Shown: in pieces, positions 34,662-46,079 of the stretch
Numbering within the stretch: the stretch's first letter is position 1
Layout: each line of letters opens with the position of its first letter
Origin: a virus
Lineage: Duplodnaviria; Caudoviricetes
Length of the DNA stretch: 64,000 nt
Direction: 5' to 3' (one strand)
Virus record (IMG/VR): IMGVR_UViG_3300031965_000015
Coordinates: 6,530 to 70,529 of that record
Notes under the pieces: generated by a model
Told to the model about the DNA's origin: nothing
What the model saw: only the letters and a program-made list of their open reading frames with translations
Database searches by the model: none
Translations under genes and position numbers: made by a program

Positions 34662-37600
34662 TTAATTTCTTTCTCTTACTGATCTTTCTCTTGTTTGGCG
34701 TATTCTGTTTTCACGGGTTCTGCCTGTGCCGGTTCTCCCAGTTGATGATTCATTTTTAACATTTGCTTTCTCATAAGCCATACTTACTTTCTCCGGTGTG
34801 AAGGATAAAGCCTTCAATAATAATTCATAGCTTGTTAAATCTTTATCAGAAATAATTTGCTTGCCTCTGAACTCAATTCCATCTTTCTGGTAGGTCATTG
34901 AGTTAAGAATGTTCTTCAGGAAGTCAGGAGTGAATCTTCTTAAATTCTTTAGTGCTGTTTCTCTTTGTCTGTCCGTTAATGTTTCTTCATCTTTAATTTT
35001 TTCTTCCAGTAACTTATAACTTCCGCCTGTTGCTTTGAAGAAATCATCTGCGGTTCCGTATGGTGCTCCAAATGCACCTTCAACTATTCTTGCTGACCAC
35101 GCAGAGAAATCATTCCCATATACTTTAGAATACTTAGCTGATTCTGTCGGGATTGGTGCTTGTTCTCCCATCAGATCAGATATATCTACATTGGCATAGG
35201 TTCCTATTCCTCTGTTGAGTAAACTTCCTAATCTCCCTCCAACCTTATCATTAATCTCATTCTCAAGTTTCTGTGCTTCGTAATCCAGTTCTTGGTCATC
35301 ATCATCAAAGAATAATCCTGCAAGTAAAAACAATGTTGAATAAAATGGGAATTTCCTTATACCGTGTAATCCTACCCCTACTGCAAACTTTGTAAATAAA
35401 GGTCCGTAATTCTTATTCCTGATTAGCATTCTCCATAATCCTAAGTTATGTGTGGCAAAAGTTTTGAATACTATATATGATTTAGCTACTGCCCTTCTAA
35501 AGTGTCCGGTGTTCAGATTTTCTTTCTTGGATGGGTTAAATATCACTATCCTTCCGCCCTTGCCGTATTCGCCCATTGCTTTATCAAGATTATCAATTAC
35601 ATATTTTTCAAGTTTCTCTCCGCTAAACTCTTTTTGCTTCCCTATCTTAAAGAACATTACTGCTGAATGTAACCTTGTCAATATCTCTATTCCTGATGAT
35701 AATGCTCTTGCCACAAAAGAAATCCTGTTGAATAGTTTTTTAACTGGTCCTGAATAATAGATTGATGGATCGCTTGCACCAAAGAATTCCTGAGTCCCTA
35801 TTGCTGATATCTTTCTCATTAACCTTGCTTCTTTAACGAGATTCAAAAGTTCTGGGTTAATCTTTAAGGAGTCGTGTTTATTTATCTTCTCAAGAGCAAA
35901 ATGTAATCCTAACTTTGTAGTATCTTCCATTGCGTTAATAAATATTCCGTTTGCCTGGTTAAATCCTACCTCTGCCTGTGCCAATGGTAAAGCCATCTGA
36001 AAGTTCTGTAGTGCCTGCTGAGTTAAGAATGATGCCTTTGCAAACCCTAATCTCCATATAGCGGTTATTCCCCTTACTGTGTCCATTACGGTTCTGTCTG
36101 AGGATCTCATACCTGCAAGATATTTCTGTAACCATTTAGCCTGAGTTTTTAATTCTTCTTTCTGGGCTGTTGATACATTCGGGCTTTTAATCTTTTCGTT
36201 TACTCCTTCAAACCAGTTTTCATAAAGTTCGTCTGCTTTTATTATTCCTAAGAATTTATTTTTAGCTGTTGATGCTTCGTGCAGATAATTCTTTAGATTG
36301 GTTTCAAGTTCCTCTGTAGTCCATTTTAATCCGGGTGTATAGTTTCTCTGGATTGTATGTTTGCTCCATCCCCTTGCTTTAATTGATTTGAATAATTCTT
36401 CTATATCTGAACTGGGTAATTCAATAGCAGAATCTTCAAGCAATCTTATCAGCTCCATCATTCCAAGTTCTTTTCTTACATTAGCATCATTTATGACATC
36501 TTTAACTCTTCCTTCCATAGTTACAGTCCAACCCAGATCAATTGCTGCTTTCTTATACTTCTTAGCATCAATCTCCGAATTAAAGTAAGTGAATCTTTTA
36601 TCGGTATATGTTTCTCCGTAACTGTCCTTTGCTTCTTTCTTAGCACCGATTATTATTGAATCCTGCGTTAATGGTCTTGAGAGATTAATATATAGATACT
36701 GTCCGTAATCGTGGTATTTTTCTTCTACAAGAAAATTGCCGAGTTCGGTTCTTAATTTTTTATTCTGGTTCCATATTACGTCCAAGCTATCTTCGTTTAC
36801 TTCTGCCGATACTTCATCCAATGCTTTTTTAATCTCTTTATAAATTGCCGGGAGTTCTTTTTTGAATTTAGCAACACTTATATATTTACTTCCTTCTGAT
36901 GTTCTTGCTGTGAATATATCTTTAACGTGATCTCTTAAAAAGATTTTTTCCCCATCTTTAATTAGTTCAAGTCCTTTATCATAAGCACCTGACATTTTCT
37001 TGAGTGCATTCGTTTGATCTGGATTAAGTTTATAATCGCTTATAAATTCCATAATGGTTTCTGCGTGTCCTTCAAGTTCCCAATTCTCTGAAGGATTATA
37101 CAATACTTTCTCATGGTAATCTCTTAAAGCATCAAGCAAACCTTCCTGATCTTCCGAACTTAGTTTCCTGAAATCATTAAATTTGTTCAGTCCTTGTTTA
37201 TCTTCAAGGATTTTATTGTAATCCCGTGTGAAGTCTCTTACGTAGTATTTTTCTGTAACATCATATATGGCTCTGTAAATAGGTGATTTGTCTGCCATAT
37301 AAACTGGTGGCTGAGTTCCCTGATCGAAGTATCTTTTAGCCCATTTCTTAAATCTTGTGAATTTGTCTCTTCCGACTCCAAGAGCAATTTCAGTAACTTC
37401 CCTGTTGGTAATGTTTTTCATTGCAGCATTAATATTATCGGGCATATCTTCTGATGATAAGAACAAATCACTTGCGTTTGTATCTTCAATATTACCTTCA
37501 AATTCTTCATTGCCGTTTGAACGTGCTTTCTCACTTCCTGTTTGATTCGTATTATTAGAAGGTATCTTTGAATCTCCCGGTATGTTTATTTCTCCACCGC

Positions 37601-40600
37601 CTATTGAAGCAAGAACATTCTGATTAAGTATTGGCTTCTCACCTGATAAAATAAGTTTTGCTTCTCTCCATATACTTCTTAAAAATCTTCTTATCCCATT
37701 CCCAAAATCCTTCACCATTGCTTTTATCCAGGGTAGATAAACATCGGCTTTCTCTCCTGCTTTCTTAAATAGTCTTTCAAGATGATATGCCCCAATCACC
37801 GCATAATCTTTTATTAATGTAGGATCAAAGTTAGCTGTGAGGTTTCCTAAGCTGTCAGCAATATTATCTTGGCTTTGTTTATAAAGTCTATCAGATATAA
37901 AACTTTCATCTTCGGAAGGTGTGACTGTTTGTGTTTCACCACTTCCGCCTTCTTTCGTTGCGGGGTATCTCTTTAATAAGTTAGTTAATGTCTCTATCCC
38001 TGTGTCTGGATCAGAAGGCACGAAGAATCTTTGCTTATAAGATATTCTCTCATTTAATAATCCAAGTTCTCTGAACTCATCAAATCTATTTGAGTCTAAT
38101 CCAAGATCACCCTTACCTACAAGTTCAATAGCATCATCTCCATAAAGGGTTGTCTGCTTTAGTTGTAATCCCTGAACTAAATCAATTTTATCTCCTTGTT
38201 CTAATACTGCATTGAATATTTCTTCCGATGTTCTTAAATCTCTTTGAACATTTAAAGCTCTTAAAACTTTCCCTACTTCCGATTGCGGTATTTGAATTCC
38301 AACTACTCTTTGTTTGCTGTCGGTCAATGCTCTTACTACTCTTAGCTTTTCATTCCCGGTTGCTTGTTTCAAATCTTTCCACAAAGGAAGGATAGCACCG
38401 CTTATAATGTGCATCTCATCTTTTTTAATCTTGGGAACTTTATCAAATCTTTCTTCCCAGATTGGTCTTGCTTCAGATTCGTTTATCCGTTCATACTTTT
38501 CTTCAAATTCATCATGCGTTACATAATTACGATTGTTAGCAGGATTTAAAGTAATTACTGTTCTTTCAACTGCTCCAGTAATTCTATCAGTTTTTACTTT
38601 CTCATCCATTTTCAGAATAACATTACCGGAATTTATTTGTTTAAAAAATCCTCTCTTATCGTTGATGTTTCTCATTTGTTTGGCAACATTCCAATTCAAT
38701 GGATCAGTTTTTCTTTCAACTTCTAATTGGAAGTGTTTCGTTTCAGCTTTGGTCAATGGCTCGGTGGCTACTATTTTAGGCTTACCGACTATCTTAATTG
38801 ATTCGGCTTTAATATCGGTTACCCCCTCATCGTAAGTGCCTGATTCTTTAGCATTGATAACTACATTTTCAAATTGTTCGGTAAAGAAATCAAATAAAGC
38901 ATTCTGTTTTCCTAACTCTAATCCTAAAATCCTATTTAGGAACATAGTAATGCTTTTCATATCCTCATCTTTTACTCCCTCACCACCAGTCGGGTCATTC
39001 TTTAGAACTCCCATATCTCTTAAAACCTGTTTCGGATTCTCAATACCTTCGATAGCTGCTTCATTGAGCATAGCTTCATATACTTTAACTAATGCAGTTT
39101 CGCCATATTCATTTTCAAAATCATACTTTGCTAACTGCCCCCCCCCTGCACCCCCTCTTTCTCCTTTGGTCAATGCACCAAGTGAAGCAAGTCTTTTTGC
39201 TATTGTTGATGAAAATCTTTTTTCTCCACCCACTTCTGAACTTAATAAAATATAAATAGGTGGAATTTCCTGATTAGACCTATGCGTTCTTCCAAAGGTC
39301 TGCATTTGGGTATCAGCACTCCAACTTAATTCAAGTGCTATCTGGGTTCTTCTCTGACTATTGGGAGTATTCTTGTCAGCGTGTAAACTTATTCCTGTTG
39401 ATGCTGCCTGAGAGATTAAAGCAATTCTTTTCTTACCTGTCTGGAATTGCTGCATCTCATAAATATTTGTGTCCTTTGCCCTGATGTCTTTCGGCACTCG
39501 TTTATCATATCTGGTCTTACCACCAAAAATATATTTATCTTTAGCATTCGGATCAGGATTTTTAATTACTTCTTTAACTAATCTTTTCTTTCTACCTGTT
39601 AATTCCGCAACTCTTAAAGCACGGTCATTTCTATTATGAGATTCTAATTCAAAGTAATTTATTATCTGGTCTAAAGGATTTTCAGGAAGATTAATATCTG
39701 ATAATTTTTCAAGTAATTTATCCTTTAGCTTTTGAGCTTCAGGGTTAGTAACTGAATTACCGTTCTTATCTTTTTTCGGTCTGGATTTTAAATTACCGTT
39801 ATCATCGGTGTATTGTTCGTAATCAATTATCGGGAATGCTCTGTCAACAAGATTGGCTAATACTTCTCTTGGTGATAAGTCCAGGTCGTCTAAATCTCCA
39901 CCCTCTGCAAGTTTTTCTGTAACTGCTCTTGAGGTACTCGCTTCGTGTGTACCTATCATTGAGATTACGACTGATTTATTACCTGCAAGGTTTTTCTCAA
40001 CTTCTTTGATAAGCGTAGGGACTTTTAGTGCTGTAATAAATTGTTTGAAGAATCTCTGATGCGATCCCCAGAATGCAGAGTAAGCCCATCTCTTTGCATT
40101 ATTATCATTTCCGGTCATATCTAATGCCTGATCAATATTTTGCATAACCACTTGCCATGCTTTGGCTGCGGTATCATACATTCTTCTTTGTTCGTTGGTT
40201 AAAATATGTTCGGATTCTTCATATTCAATTCCATCAAAACTGATGCTTCTTGATGAATACATACCCAATGCTTTAAGATCTCTTGCAACCATTTCCATTG
40301 CACCGATTCCGCCTCTTTCAATTTCAGTCATAAAATCAAGGAATGCTGAGAAAGGAGCACCTTCTCCCCACAATCCTAATCTTGTCATATATCCCATGTG
40401 TTTTACATCGGTAGCTCCTGTTGCTGAAGCATAAACTACTCTTGCTTTAGGTAGATGGGTTTCCTGTAAATCAACAACTGCCTCGGCTGTTTTTGTAGGT
40501 TTTCCACTTCTTCCGGCGGCTAAAATATTTTTAGCTTTATGTGCTTCATCAAACACTATAACCCCATCTTTTCCCAACCATTCTACAATCTGTTTTATTC

Positions 40601-43600
40601 TTGTAGCCTCATCTTTACCCGATATTAAAGATGAGTAAGTTGAAAAGACTACCCCGTTATAATCTTTAGGAATTGATTCGCCAAGTTTATAATCATTAAT
40701 TAATATGGATTTTATTTCTTCGGCTCCTACACCATCCAAATCCCTTCTCGCATCTTTCTGAAGATCGGTTGAAACACTAACCCATAATGCTTTCTTTCTT
40801 CCTTGCCTGAAATTATCATGTAGAATTCCTGCTATGATTCTTCCTTTACCTACACCAGTTCCATCACCAACAAAGAACCCGGCTCTTGAACCATTAGATA
40901 ACATTAACTTATGTCGTTGTCCTGCGTAAGCAATGGTTTCTAATTGAGCATCGGATATTTTACCTTCTGTTATTGATTCTTCCGGTAGGTCCGGTTTATA
41001 AATAATTGTAGGAGCTTCAACTGCTGCCATTGAAGCTGATTCAACTAATTTAGCGGGATGAGATTGCGAGCCTTTGGGTTTTTGTTTTGGTTTGTATTCT
41101 ATGAATCCGCTTTTTTCTTCTTCTCGTTCAGAGATGTCGGATTCTTCATACTCTACAAGATTTCGAGTACGTTCAGTATCACTTCTTCCACTTTCTTCTG
41201 TTCCTCCGGATTCAATCCGTTGTCCCCCAACCTGTCGTTCAATTGATGATACATTTCTTCCAGTTCTTCCTGATTGTAATTCAGTTTCTTCAATATCTCC
41301 TTGCCGTCCAGGTTTTGTAAATCCTGGAGAAATAGATTCTGATCCTCGTTCAACTTTCCCGCCCCTTCCAGTTGTTCCCTGAGTTCCTGTTCCTTGTGAT
41401 CGTTCTGCCAAAGAAACATTTTCACTATCATCTGCCAGAGTTCCTGGGGCTGAACTAATGATGTTGTCGGCTGCATTTAATGCCTCTTCTATTGTTTTAT
41501 AATTACCTTGAAGTTCCGGTCTCCTTATACCATTTATTTCAGGAGTGGCTCCGGTTTTATCTATTACAATTATCCGGTTTCCAAAACTCGTTCCATACTT
41601 GCCGTAATCGGTATTCTCAACTCCAATATCTGCTTTTACTGTATAATTGTCAACAACCTTATCCCAGAATAGCTTGCTTGATTCCGGTCTGCCAAATTCA
41701 GCACCTTCGCCTAAAATAGCTACTAACCTACCACCATCCTTTAATCTTTGCAATGCTGATGTTAAATGCTTATATCCGAACTTATTGGAGTTTTGTTTAA
41801 CCCTTCCGCCTGTTGCTGAAAATGGCGGGTTCATAATAATCTTAGTAGGAATGATTTCTTTAGGTAACATTGAATTTAGGAATTCAGCATCTATATCGTT
41901 GGTTTCATATCCCTCTGCTTCGAGTAATTCTTTTCTCTTAGGATCAATTTCATTAACATAAATCTTTTTAACTCTATTCTTTTGAAATGCTATTAAATTT
42001 CCTGTGCCTGCACTTGGTTCGAGAAGAATATCATTCTCATTAGCATTAAGTAATTTATTAGCAAAGTATGATAATGTTGGCGGTGTGCTGAATTGCTGAA
42101 GTAAATCTTTATCCTGAGTTCTTGATGTTTGGGTAGGAATATTCTTTATCAAATCTCTTAAATCCTTCAATGCTTCTTTAACATCAACATCAAGTATATC
42201 TGAATATTTTTCTGATATTAATCTATTTACTGCGGTTTCAAGTGCATTGTAAGCATCTTGAGAAGTGTACTTGCCTTGTGCTTTTGAGCCACCATAAACT
42301 TCATCGGCAATTCTGTTGAGTTCCGGGTTATCTTTAATTCCTCTTTCTTCAATTCTCTTGTAAATAGCATCAACTAATTTTAATTGAAGATTTTCAGATT
42401 CTTCCTTTGGTTTAATTGATCCATAAGTTATTCCTCTCGTAGAACTATCCATTTTCTCATAAATATCATCACCTGCAGTTTCTCTGTATGCTGAATATGC
42501 TTGTTTTAAGGCATCAAATATTTCTTCAAGTTTATCTCCTATTTTTGAATAAAGGTCAGTAGTTATATCAGCGAATTTATAAGTTCCGAGTTTTACATAT
42601 ACTGAGATTACTTTAACTCCTTTAGCAAGTTGGATGGGGTCTATTCCGCTTTTCAAATCGAATGAAGTTAGGAAATCATCAAGAGCATCTTTTAATTCAT
42701 TATTCTCAATGGATTTTATTTTTTGTTTTATTTTGGATTCGGGTTTTGTTCCAAAGTTCTCATTAAATTCTTCACTTCCCCATTTACCGTAATCTTTTGA
42801 ATGAAGTTCATTATATTCTTTTTCGGTAATCTTATTTTCTTTAATTGCCTCCCCAACTAATTTCTGATGTTCTCTTGCTTTATCACCATCGAATGTCATT
42901 GGTACTGTGCCAAAGTTAGCTTCTATTGCGGGATATTTGCCAGGTGATGGCTTGGTTGCATATTGGCTTTGAGTTTGAAGATATGCAACAGGTTTTAGTT
43001 TTTCCTTTGGTCGTTGATGTTCAATATCTTCCTTAACCTTAGAGGCATTTTCAAGTCTTACTTTCTCAATCTTCCCTACTCTGCTTCCTTCAGGATAACT
43101 GACAACATCTAATATCCCTTTATCAAGTTTGTGGCTGTAATCGTTTCTTACTTTACCTTCAATAATTTCATTATTCTTATCTCTCCAATAAATAGTTTCG
43201 CCTTGTTTGTAAGAGAATTTTTCTCCTTCAGGAGTTGTCATAACTTCTTTATAATGTCCGCCAAGTTTTACGGCTTTTCGGGTAGCTTCATTTACATCTG
43301 TTTCTTGCGATCTGATATTCCCAAACATATCATAAACTAAGTATTTCCCAGTTTCTTCTTTCTTTTCTTCAACTGGCTTTACTTCTTTCTTCTGTAGGTC
43401 AGGATAATTGATTTTTGCAGAATTACCATTCCCTACTTGCCCTTCCCAGAATTTTTTGGCTGATTCCAAATCATCAAATTTTTCAACGTGTGTTTTTTTG
43501 TCACCAAATTTATCGTAGTATTCTACTTCATACGGTTTTTTCACTCCTTCAGATACTTCAACTGTTTCGCTATCCGGTGTTTTTTGTTCGAGCTTTTCGA

Positions 43601-46079
43601 TAGATGATACTTCCTGTATATTCTCTTTTCCGGCTTCGATTGGTTTTTCTTGCACATTTTTGACCTCTGGGGTTATTTGTGTTTCAGCAATTTCTTCTTC
43701 ATTCTTTCCTTCGGTGATTCCTTCTCCCCTTCCGGTTTCCAACCTGTTTTGCGGAGGGTTCCGTAGATATATTTGTTCTTCTTCTTTTTGTTCCACTTCT
43801 TTTTGCTTGCGTATTTCTTCAGCTTGTTCTCTAATTCTGTTGGCATTTGTTACCTCTTGGGTTTTAATAATTGGTTTTATGGTTTCAATATCTTTAAAGG
43901 TTTTTATCCCCTGTGCCTTCATTGAATTGTATTCGTTGATAAGTTGCTGTTGTTTATCCGGCTCTAAACTATTAATATTCTGTGTGCCGAATTTCTTTTG
44001 TGATAAATTCTCAAGTGTGAATTCATTCCTTTTAATAAGTCTTTCGTTGTTTGATATCGCTTCTTTTAATAATTCATTTGCTTTTGTTTTTATCTCAGTG
44101 GTTGAAATATTATTAACTGTTTCAAGCATAGCATCTGTATCAAATGCGTTTCTTTTTCTTCTTGCTGATTTGAATTGGCGTGAAAGTTCTGAATAGGTAT
44201 CGGTATCAACTTTTAATCTTTGTTTCTGTAATTGGCGTTGCTCTCTTTTAATCTCCCTTTCGGATTTAAAAGAATTTAGTTCTTCTTCTAATTGAGTTTT
44301 GAAGTTAGATTGTAATTGAAGATCCTCAGTTGTGAATTTACTTTGTCCTTCTGCTATTCTTGAAGCAAGGTTTTTAATCTGGTTTAATTCATCAAGGGAA
44401 GGTAGGTTCGCTGTTTCTTCCGGTGCTGATGTTAAAATCTTTTTAAGATAATCCTGCGGAGAGATTCTTTCACCTGGAATTTCCGGTTTCTTAATTTCTC
44501 CTTCTGTTTCTTTTTGCTTAAAGTAATCTTTAGCAATTTTATTTCCGGGAGTTAAACTTTCTCTTACTAATTCATCAACTTTATTTCTTTGTTTGTTAAT
44601 CTCATCAAGTGATTTAGTTAATAGTTTTGATTCTTCATTTGGAATACCTTCATTAAGTTGTCTTGCTGCTACGTTCCCGAGTCCCGATAAGAACATACCT
44701 GTAATGAATCCTGCTAATCCGCCCTCGTTAGTCCCTTCTGAAAGCTCTCTCTGAGCATCATAAATCTGTTGTGCGGTTAGATTAGCTCCAAACTGCTGTA
44801 TTTGCTCTTGTACTCCTTCTACTGAACCCTGAGAGAGCATCTCAATAATAAGCTCTTTGCCTTTTAACCCGCCAAACTTCTCAAGCCTTCTGAATAATCT
44901 TTCAAATGGTAATACTTCTGTTGCAGCAAAAGGAAGGTTACCTATGAATACTTGATATGCTTTGTCTCTATCTCCTGTTTGCTGTAAAGCTACATTATAT
45001 TCTTCTGCAGCTTGTGAGGTTGATAATAATAATGTTGAAACGAATGTAGGAACTTTAGCAAGTTTCCCAACTGAACCGCCAATTAGAAATCCAAGTCCTG
45101 AACCTATTGCTGATGGGAGTGTTGATTCTACAAATCCCTTTCTCTTTTCATCAATTGGTAATTTGGTTTCAATGGTTTCTCTTAAACCTTTACCTACTTT
45201 GGAAGTTAATTTGCTTATCGTTTCGGATGGTGGCAATAAACTTGCTCCCGGTGTTTCGCCTGTAATCCCGCTTCTTAATAGCTCATCTCCGATTAATCCT
45301 AATGCTTCAATAGTTCCGGGAATGGTTCTTAATCCTGAACTTACAACTGTGTTGATTGCATTTACAAACGGATCGCTTCTTGGTACTCCTTCAAGATTTA
45401 CCATGCTCTCAGGTAATCCGGTTAAAGGATTTAATTCAGTGTCACGCCTTTCTTTCTCTGTAGCTAATCCCTGTAAAAGTTTCTGTTTGCCTTCTTCTTC
45501 CTGTTCGGGAGTTAATGGTTTTAATCCAAGTTCCTTTTTGATGGGTTGTTTTGTAGATTCAGATATAGCGGTAGTATCTTCAATTTTAAAAGGTTGTTTT
45601 TTAAGTAAGGGTGTGCCTAAAACATTCTGTTGCTTTAATGAGTCTTCTTCAGCTTCAATCTGTTCCGGTGTCCATAAATCTTTATACTTTGTTGGATGAT
45701 CTTCTGTTTTGAAATCGCTGAATAAATGTGCGTCTGGATTTTCTGCTAATCTGTTCTCTGCATCTTTAAGCCATTCTGATTCTCTGCCCTTTGCATATTT
45801 ATCATAGTATTTTCTGTAATCAAATTTATGGAGAGGATTGTCGGGGTTCTTGTCTATCCCGGTTCTGGTTGCAATGGTGTTATACCAATTATCAAAGTTA
45901 CCATTGCCGTTTTTGGTTTGCCTTAATACATTCCCGTTGGTAGGTCGTTCTTCTTCTAATACGTCTGAGTAATTACTTATCTCCGGTGTTACGGTTTTCT
46001 TGCCAAAATTCCCTATCTGCTTCTGGAGACTTTGGAGGAATAATTGTTTCTGTTGTTTCCTCTTTTCATCATCGGGCAT
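34662..46079 (-). CDS. Giant internal virion/ejection polyvalent protein with DarB-like N6-MTase and Strawberry-notch SF2 helicase
   Basis: 3805 aa; LEPSAGTGNL, IMNPPFS, GFFVGDGTGVGKGR, DEAHKAKN, YASATG, QTFGRTHRSNQ; located in the ejection gene cluster. Confidence 0.88.
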   Translation of the reverse strand: MPDDEKRKQQKQLFLQSLQKQIGNFGKKTVTPEISNYSDVLEEERPTNGNVLRQTKNGNGNFDNWYNTIATRTGIDKNPDNPLHKFDYRKYYDKYAKGRESEWLKDAENRLAENPDAHLFSDFKTEDHPTKYKDLWTPEQIEAEEDSLKQQNVLGTPLLKKQPFKIEDTTAISESTKQPIKKELGLKPLTPEQEEEGKQKLLQGLATEKERRDTELNPLTGLPESMVNLEGVPRSDPFVNAINTVVSSGLRTIPGTIEALGLIGDELLRSGITGETPGASLLPPSETISKLTSKVGKGLRETIETKLPIDEKRKGFVESTLPSAIGSGLGFLIGGSVGKLAKVPTFVSTLLLSTSQAAEEYNVALQQTGDRDKAYQVFIGNLPFAATEVLPFERLFRRLEKFGGLKGKELIIEMLSQGSVEGVQEQIQQFGANLTAQQIYDAQRELSEGTNEGGLAGFITGMFLSGLGNVAARQLNEGIPNEESKLLTKSLDEINKQRNKVDELVRESLTPGNKIAKDYFKQKETEGEIKKPEIPGERISPQDYLKKILTSAPEETANLPSLDELNQIKNLASRIAEGQSKFTTEDLQLQSNFKTQLEEELNSFKSEREIKREQRQLQKQRLKVDTDTYSELSRQFKSARRKRNAFDTDAMLETVNNISTTEIKTKANELLKEAISNNERLIKRNEFTLENLSQKKFGTQNINSLEPDKQQQLINEYNSMKAQGIKTFKDIETIKPIIKTQEVTNANRIREQAEEIRKQKEVEQKEEEQIYLRNPPQNRLETGRGEGITEGKNEEEIAETQITPEVKNVQEKPIEAGKENIQEVSSIEKLEQKTPDSETVEVSEGVKKPYEVEYYDKFGDKKTHVEKFDDLESAKKFWEGQVGNGNSAKINYPDLQKKEVKPVEEKKEETGKYLVYDMFGNIRSQETDVNEATRKAVKLGGHYKEVMTTPEGEKFSYKQGETIYWRDKNNEIIEGKVRNDYSHKLDKGILDVVSYPEGSRVGKIEKVRLENASKVKEDIEHQRPKEKLKPVAYLQTQSQYATKPSPGKYPAIEANFGTVPMTFDGDKAREHQKLVGEAIKENKITEKEYNELHSKDYGKWGSEEFNENFGTKPESKIKQKIKSIENNELKDALDDFLTSFDLKSGIDPIQLAKGVKVISVYVKLGTYKFADITTDLYSKIGDKLEEIFDALKQAYSAYRETAGDDIYEKMDSSTRGITYGSIKPKEESENLQLKLVDAIYKRIEERGIKDNPELNRIADEVYGGSKAQGKYTSQDAYNALETAVNRLISEKYSDILDVDVKEALKDLRDLIKNIPTQTSRTQDKDLLQQFSTPPTLSYFANKLLNANENDILLEPSAGTGNLIAFQKNRVKKIYVNEIDPKRKELLEAEGYETNDIDAEFLNSMLPKEIIPTKIIMNPPFSATGGRVKQNSNKFGYKHLTSALQRLKDGGRLVAILGEGAEFGRPESSKLFWDKVVDNYTVKADIGVENTDYGKYGTSFGNRIIVIDKTGATPEINGIRRPELQGNYKTIEEALNAADNIISSAPGTLADDSENVSLAERSQGTGTQGTTGRGGKVERGSESISPGFTKPGRQGDIEETELQSGRTGRNVSSIERQVGGQRIESGGTEESGRSDTERTRNLVEYEESDISEREEEKSGFIEYKPKQKPKGSQSHPAKLVESASMAAVEAPTIIYKPDLPEESITEGKISDAQLETIAYAGQRHKLMLSNGSRAGFFVGDGTGVGKGRIIAGILHDNFRQGRKKALWVSVSTDLQKDARRDLDGVGAEEIKSILINDYKLGESIPKDYNGVVFSTYSSLISGKDEATRIKQIVEWLGKDGVIVFDEAHKAKNILAAGRSGKPTKTAEAVVDLQETHLPKARVVYASATGATDVKHMGYMTRLGLWGEGAPFSAFLDFMTEIERGGIGAMEMVARDLKALGMYSSRSISFDGIEYEESEHILTNEQRRMYDTAAKAWQVVMQNIDQALDMTGNDNNAKRWAYSAFWGSHQRFFKQFITALKVPTLIKEVEKNLAGNKSVVISMIGTHEASTSRAVTEKLAEGGDLDDLDLSPREVLANLVDRAFPIIDYEQYTDDNGNLKSRPKKDKNGNSVTNPEAQKLKDKLLEKLSDINLPENPLDQIINYFELESHNRNDRALRVAELTGRKKRLVKEVIKNPDPNAKDKYIFGGKTRYDKRVPKDIRAKDTNIYEMQQFQTGKKRIALISQAASTGISLHADKNTPNSQRRTQIALELSWSADTQMQTFGRTHRSNQEIPPIYILLSSEVGGEKRFSSTIAKRLASLGALTKGERGGAGGGQLAKYDFENEYGETALVKVYEAMLNEAAIEGIENPKQVLRDMGVLKNDPTGGEGVKDEDMKSITMFLNRILGLELGKQNALFDFFTEQFENVVINAKESGTYDEGVTDIKAESIKIVGKPKIVATEPLTKAETKHFQLEVERKTDPLNWNVAKQMRNINDKRGFFKQINSGNVILKMDEKVKTDRITGAVERTVITLNPANNRNYVTHDEFEEKYERINESEARPIWEERFDKVPKIKKDEMHIISGAILPLWKDLKQATGNEKLRVVRALTDSKQRVVGIQIPQSEVGKVLRALNVQRDLRTSEEIFNAVLEQGDKIDLVQGLQLKQTTLYGDDAIELVGKGDLGLDSNRFDEFRELGLLNERISYKQRFFVPSDPDTGIETLTNLLKRYPATKEGGSGETQTVTPSEDESFISDRLYKQSQDNIADSLGNLTANFDPTLIKDYAVIGAYHLERLFKKAGEKADVYLPWIKAMVKDFGNGIRRFLRSIWREAKLILSGEKPILNQNVLASIGGGEINIPGDSKIPSNNTNQTGSEKARSNGNEEFEGNIEDTNASDLFLSSEDMPDNINAAMKNITNREVTEIALGVGRDKFTRFKKWAKRYFDQGTQPPVYMADKSPIYRAIYDVTEKYYVRDFTRDYNKILEDKQGLNKFNDFRKLSSEDQEGLLDALRDYHEKVLYNPSENWELEGHAETIMEFISDYKLNPDQTNALKKMSGAYDKGLELIKDGEKIFLRDHVKDIFTARTSEGSKYISVAKFKKELPAIYKEIKKALDEVSAEVNEDSLDVIWNQNKKLRTELGNFLVEEKYHDYGQYLYINLSRPLTQDSIIIGAKKEAKDSYGETYTDKRFTYFNSEIDAKKYKKAAIDLGWTVTMEGRVKDVINDANVRKELGMMELIRLLEDSAIELPSSDIEELFKSIKARGWSKHTIQRNYTPGLKWTTEELETNLKNYLHEASTAKNKFLGIIKADELYENWFEGVNEKIKSPNVSTAQKEELKTQAKWLQKYLAGMRSSDRTVMDTVRGITAIWRLGFAKASFLTQQALQNFQMALPLAQAEVGFNQANGIFINAMEDTTKLGLHFALEKINKHDSLKINPELLNLVKEARLMRKISAIGTQEFFGASDPSIYYSGPVKKLFNRISFVARALSSGIEILTRLHSAVMFFKIGKQKEFSGEKLEKYVIDNLDKAMGEYGKGGRIVIFNPSKKENLNTGHFRRAVAKSYIVFKTFATHNLGLWRMLIRNKNYGPLFTKFAVGVGLHGIRKFPFYSTLFLLAGLFFDDDDQELDYEAQKLENEINDKVGGRLGSLLNRGIGTYANVDISDLMGEQAPIPTESAKYSKVYGNDFSAWSARIVEGAFGAPYGTADDFFKATGGSYKLLEEKIKDEETLTDRQRETALKNLRRFTPDFLKNILNSMTYQKDGIEFRGKQIISDKDLTSYELLLKALSFTPEKVSMAYEKANVKNESSTGRTGTGRTRENRIRQTRERSVRERN

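Noticed and set aside
34662-46079. Virion RNA polymerase (crAss/N4-like) as the identity of the giant protein
   Set aside because: No DxDxD/DFDxD RNAP catalytic motif was recognised; MTase and SF2 helicase motifs are clear instead.
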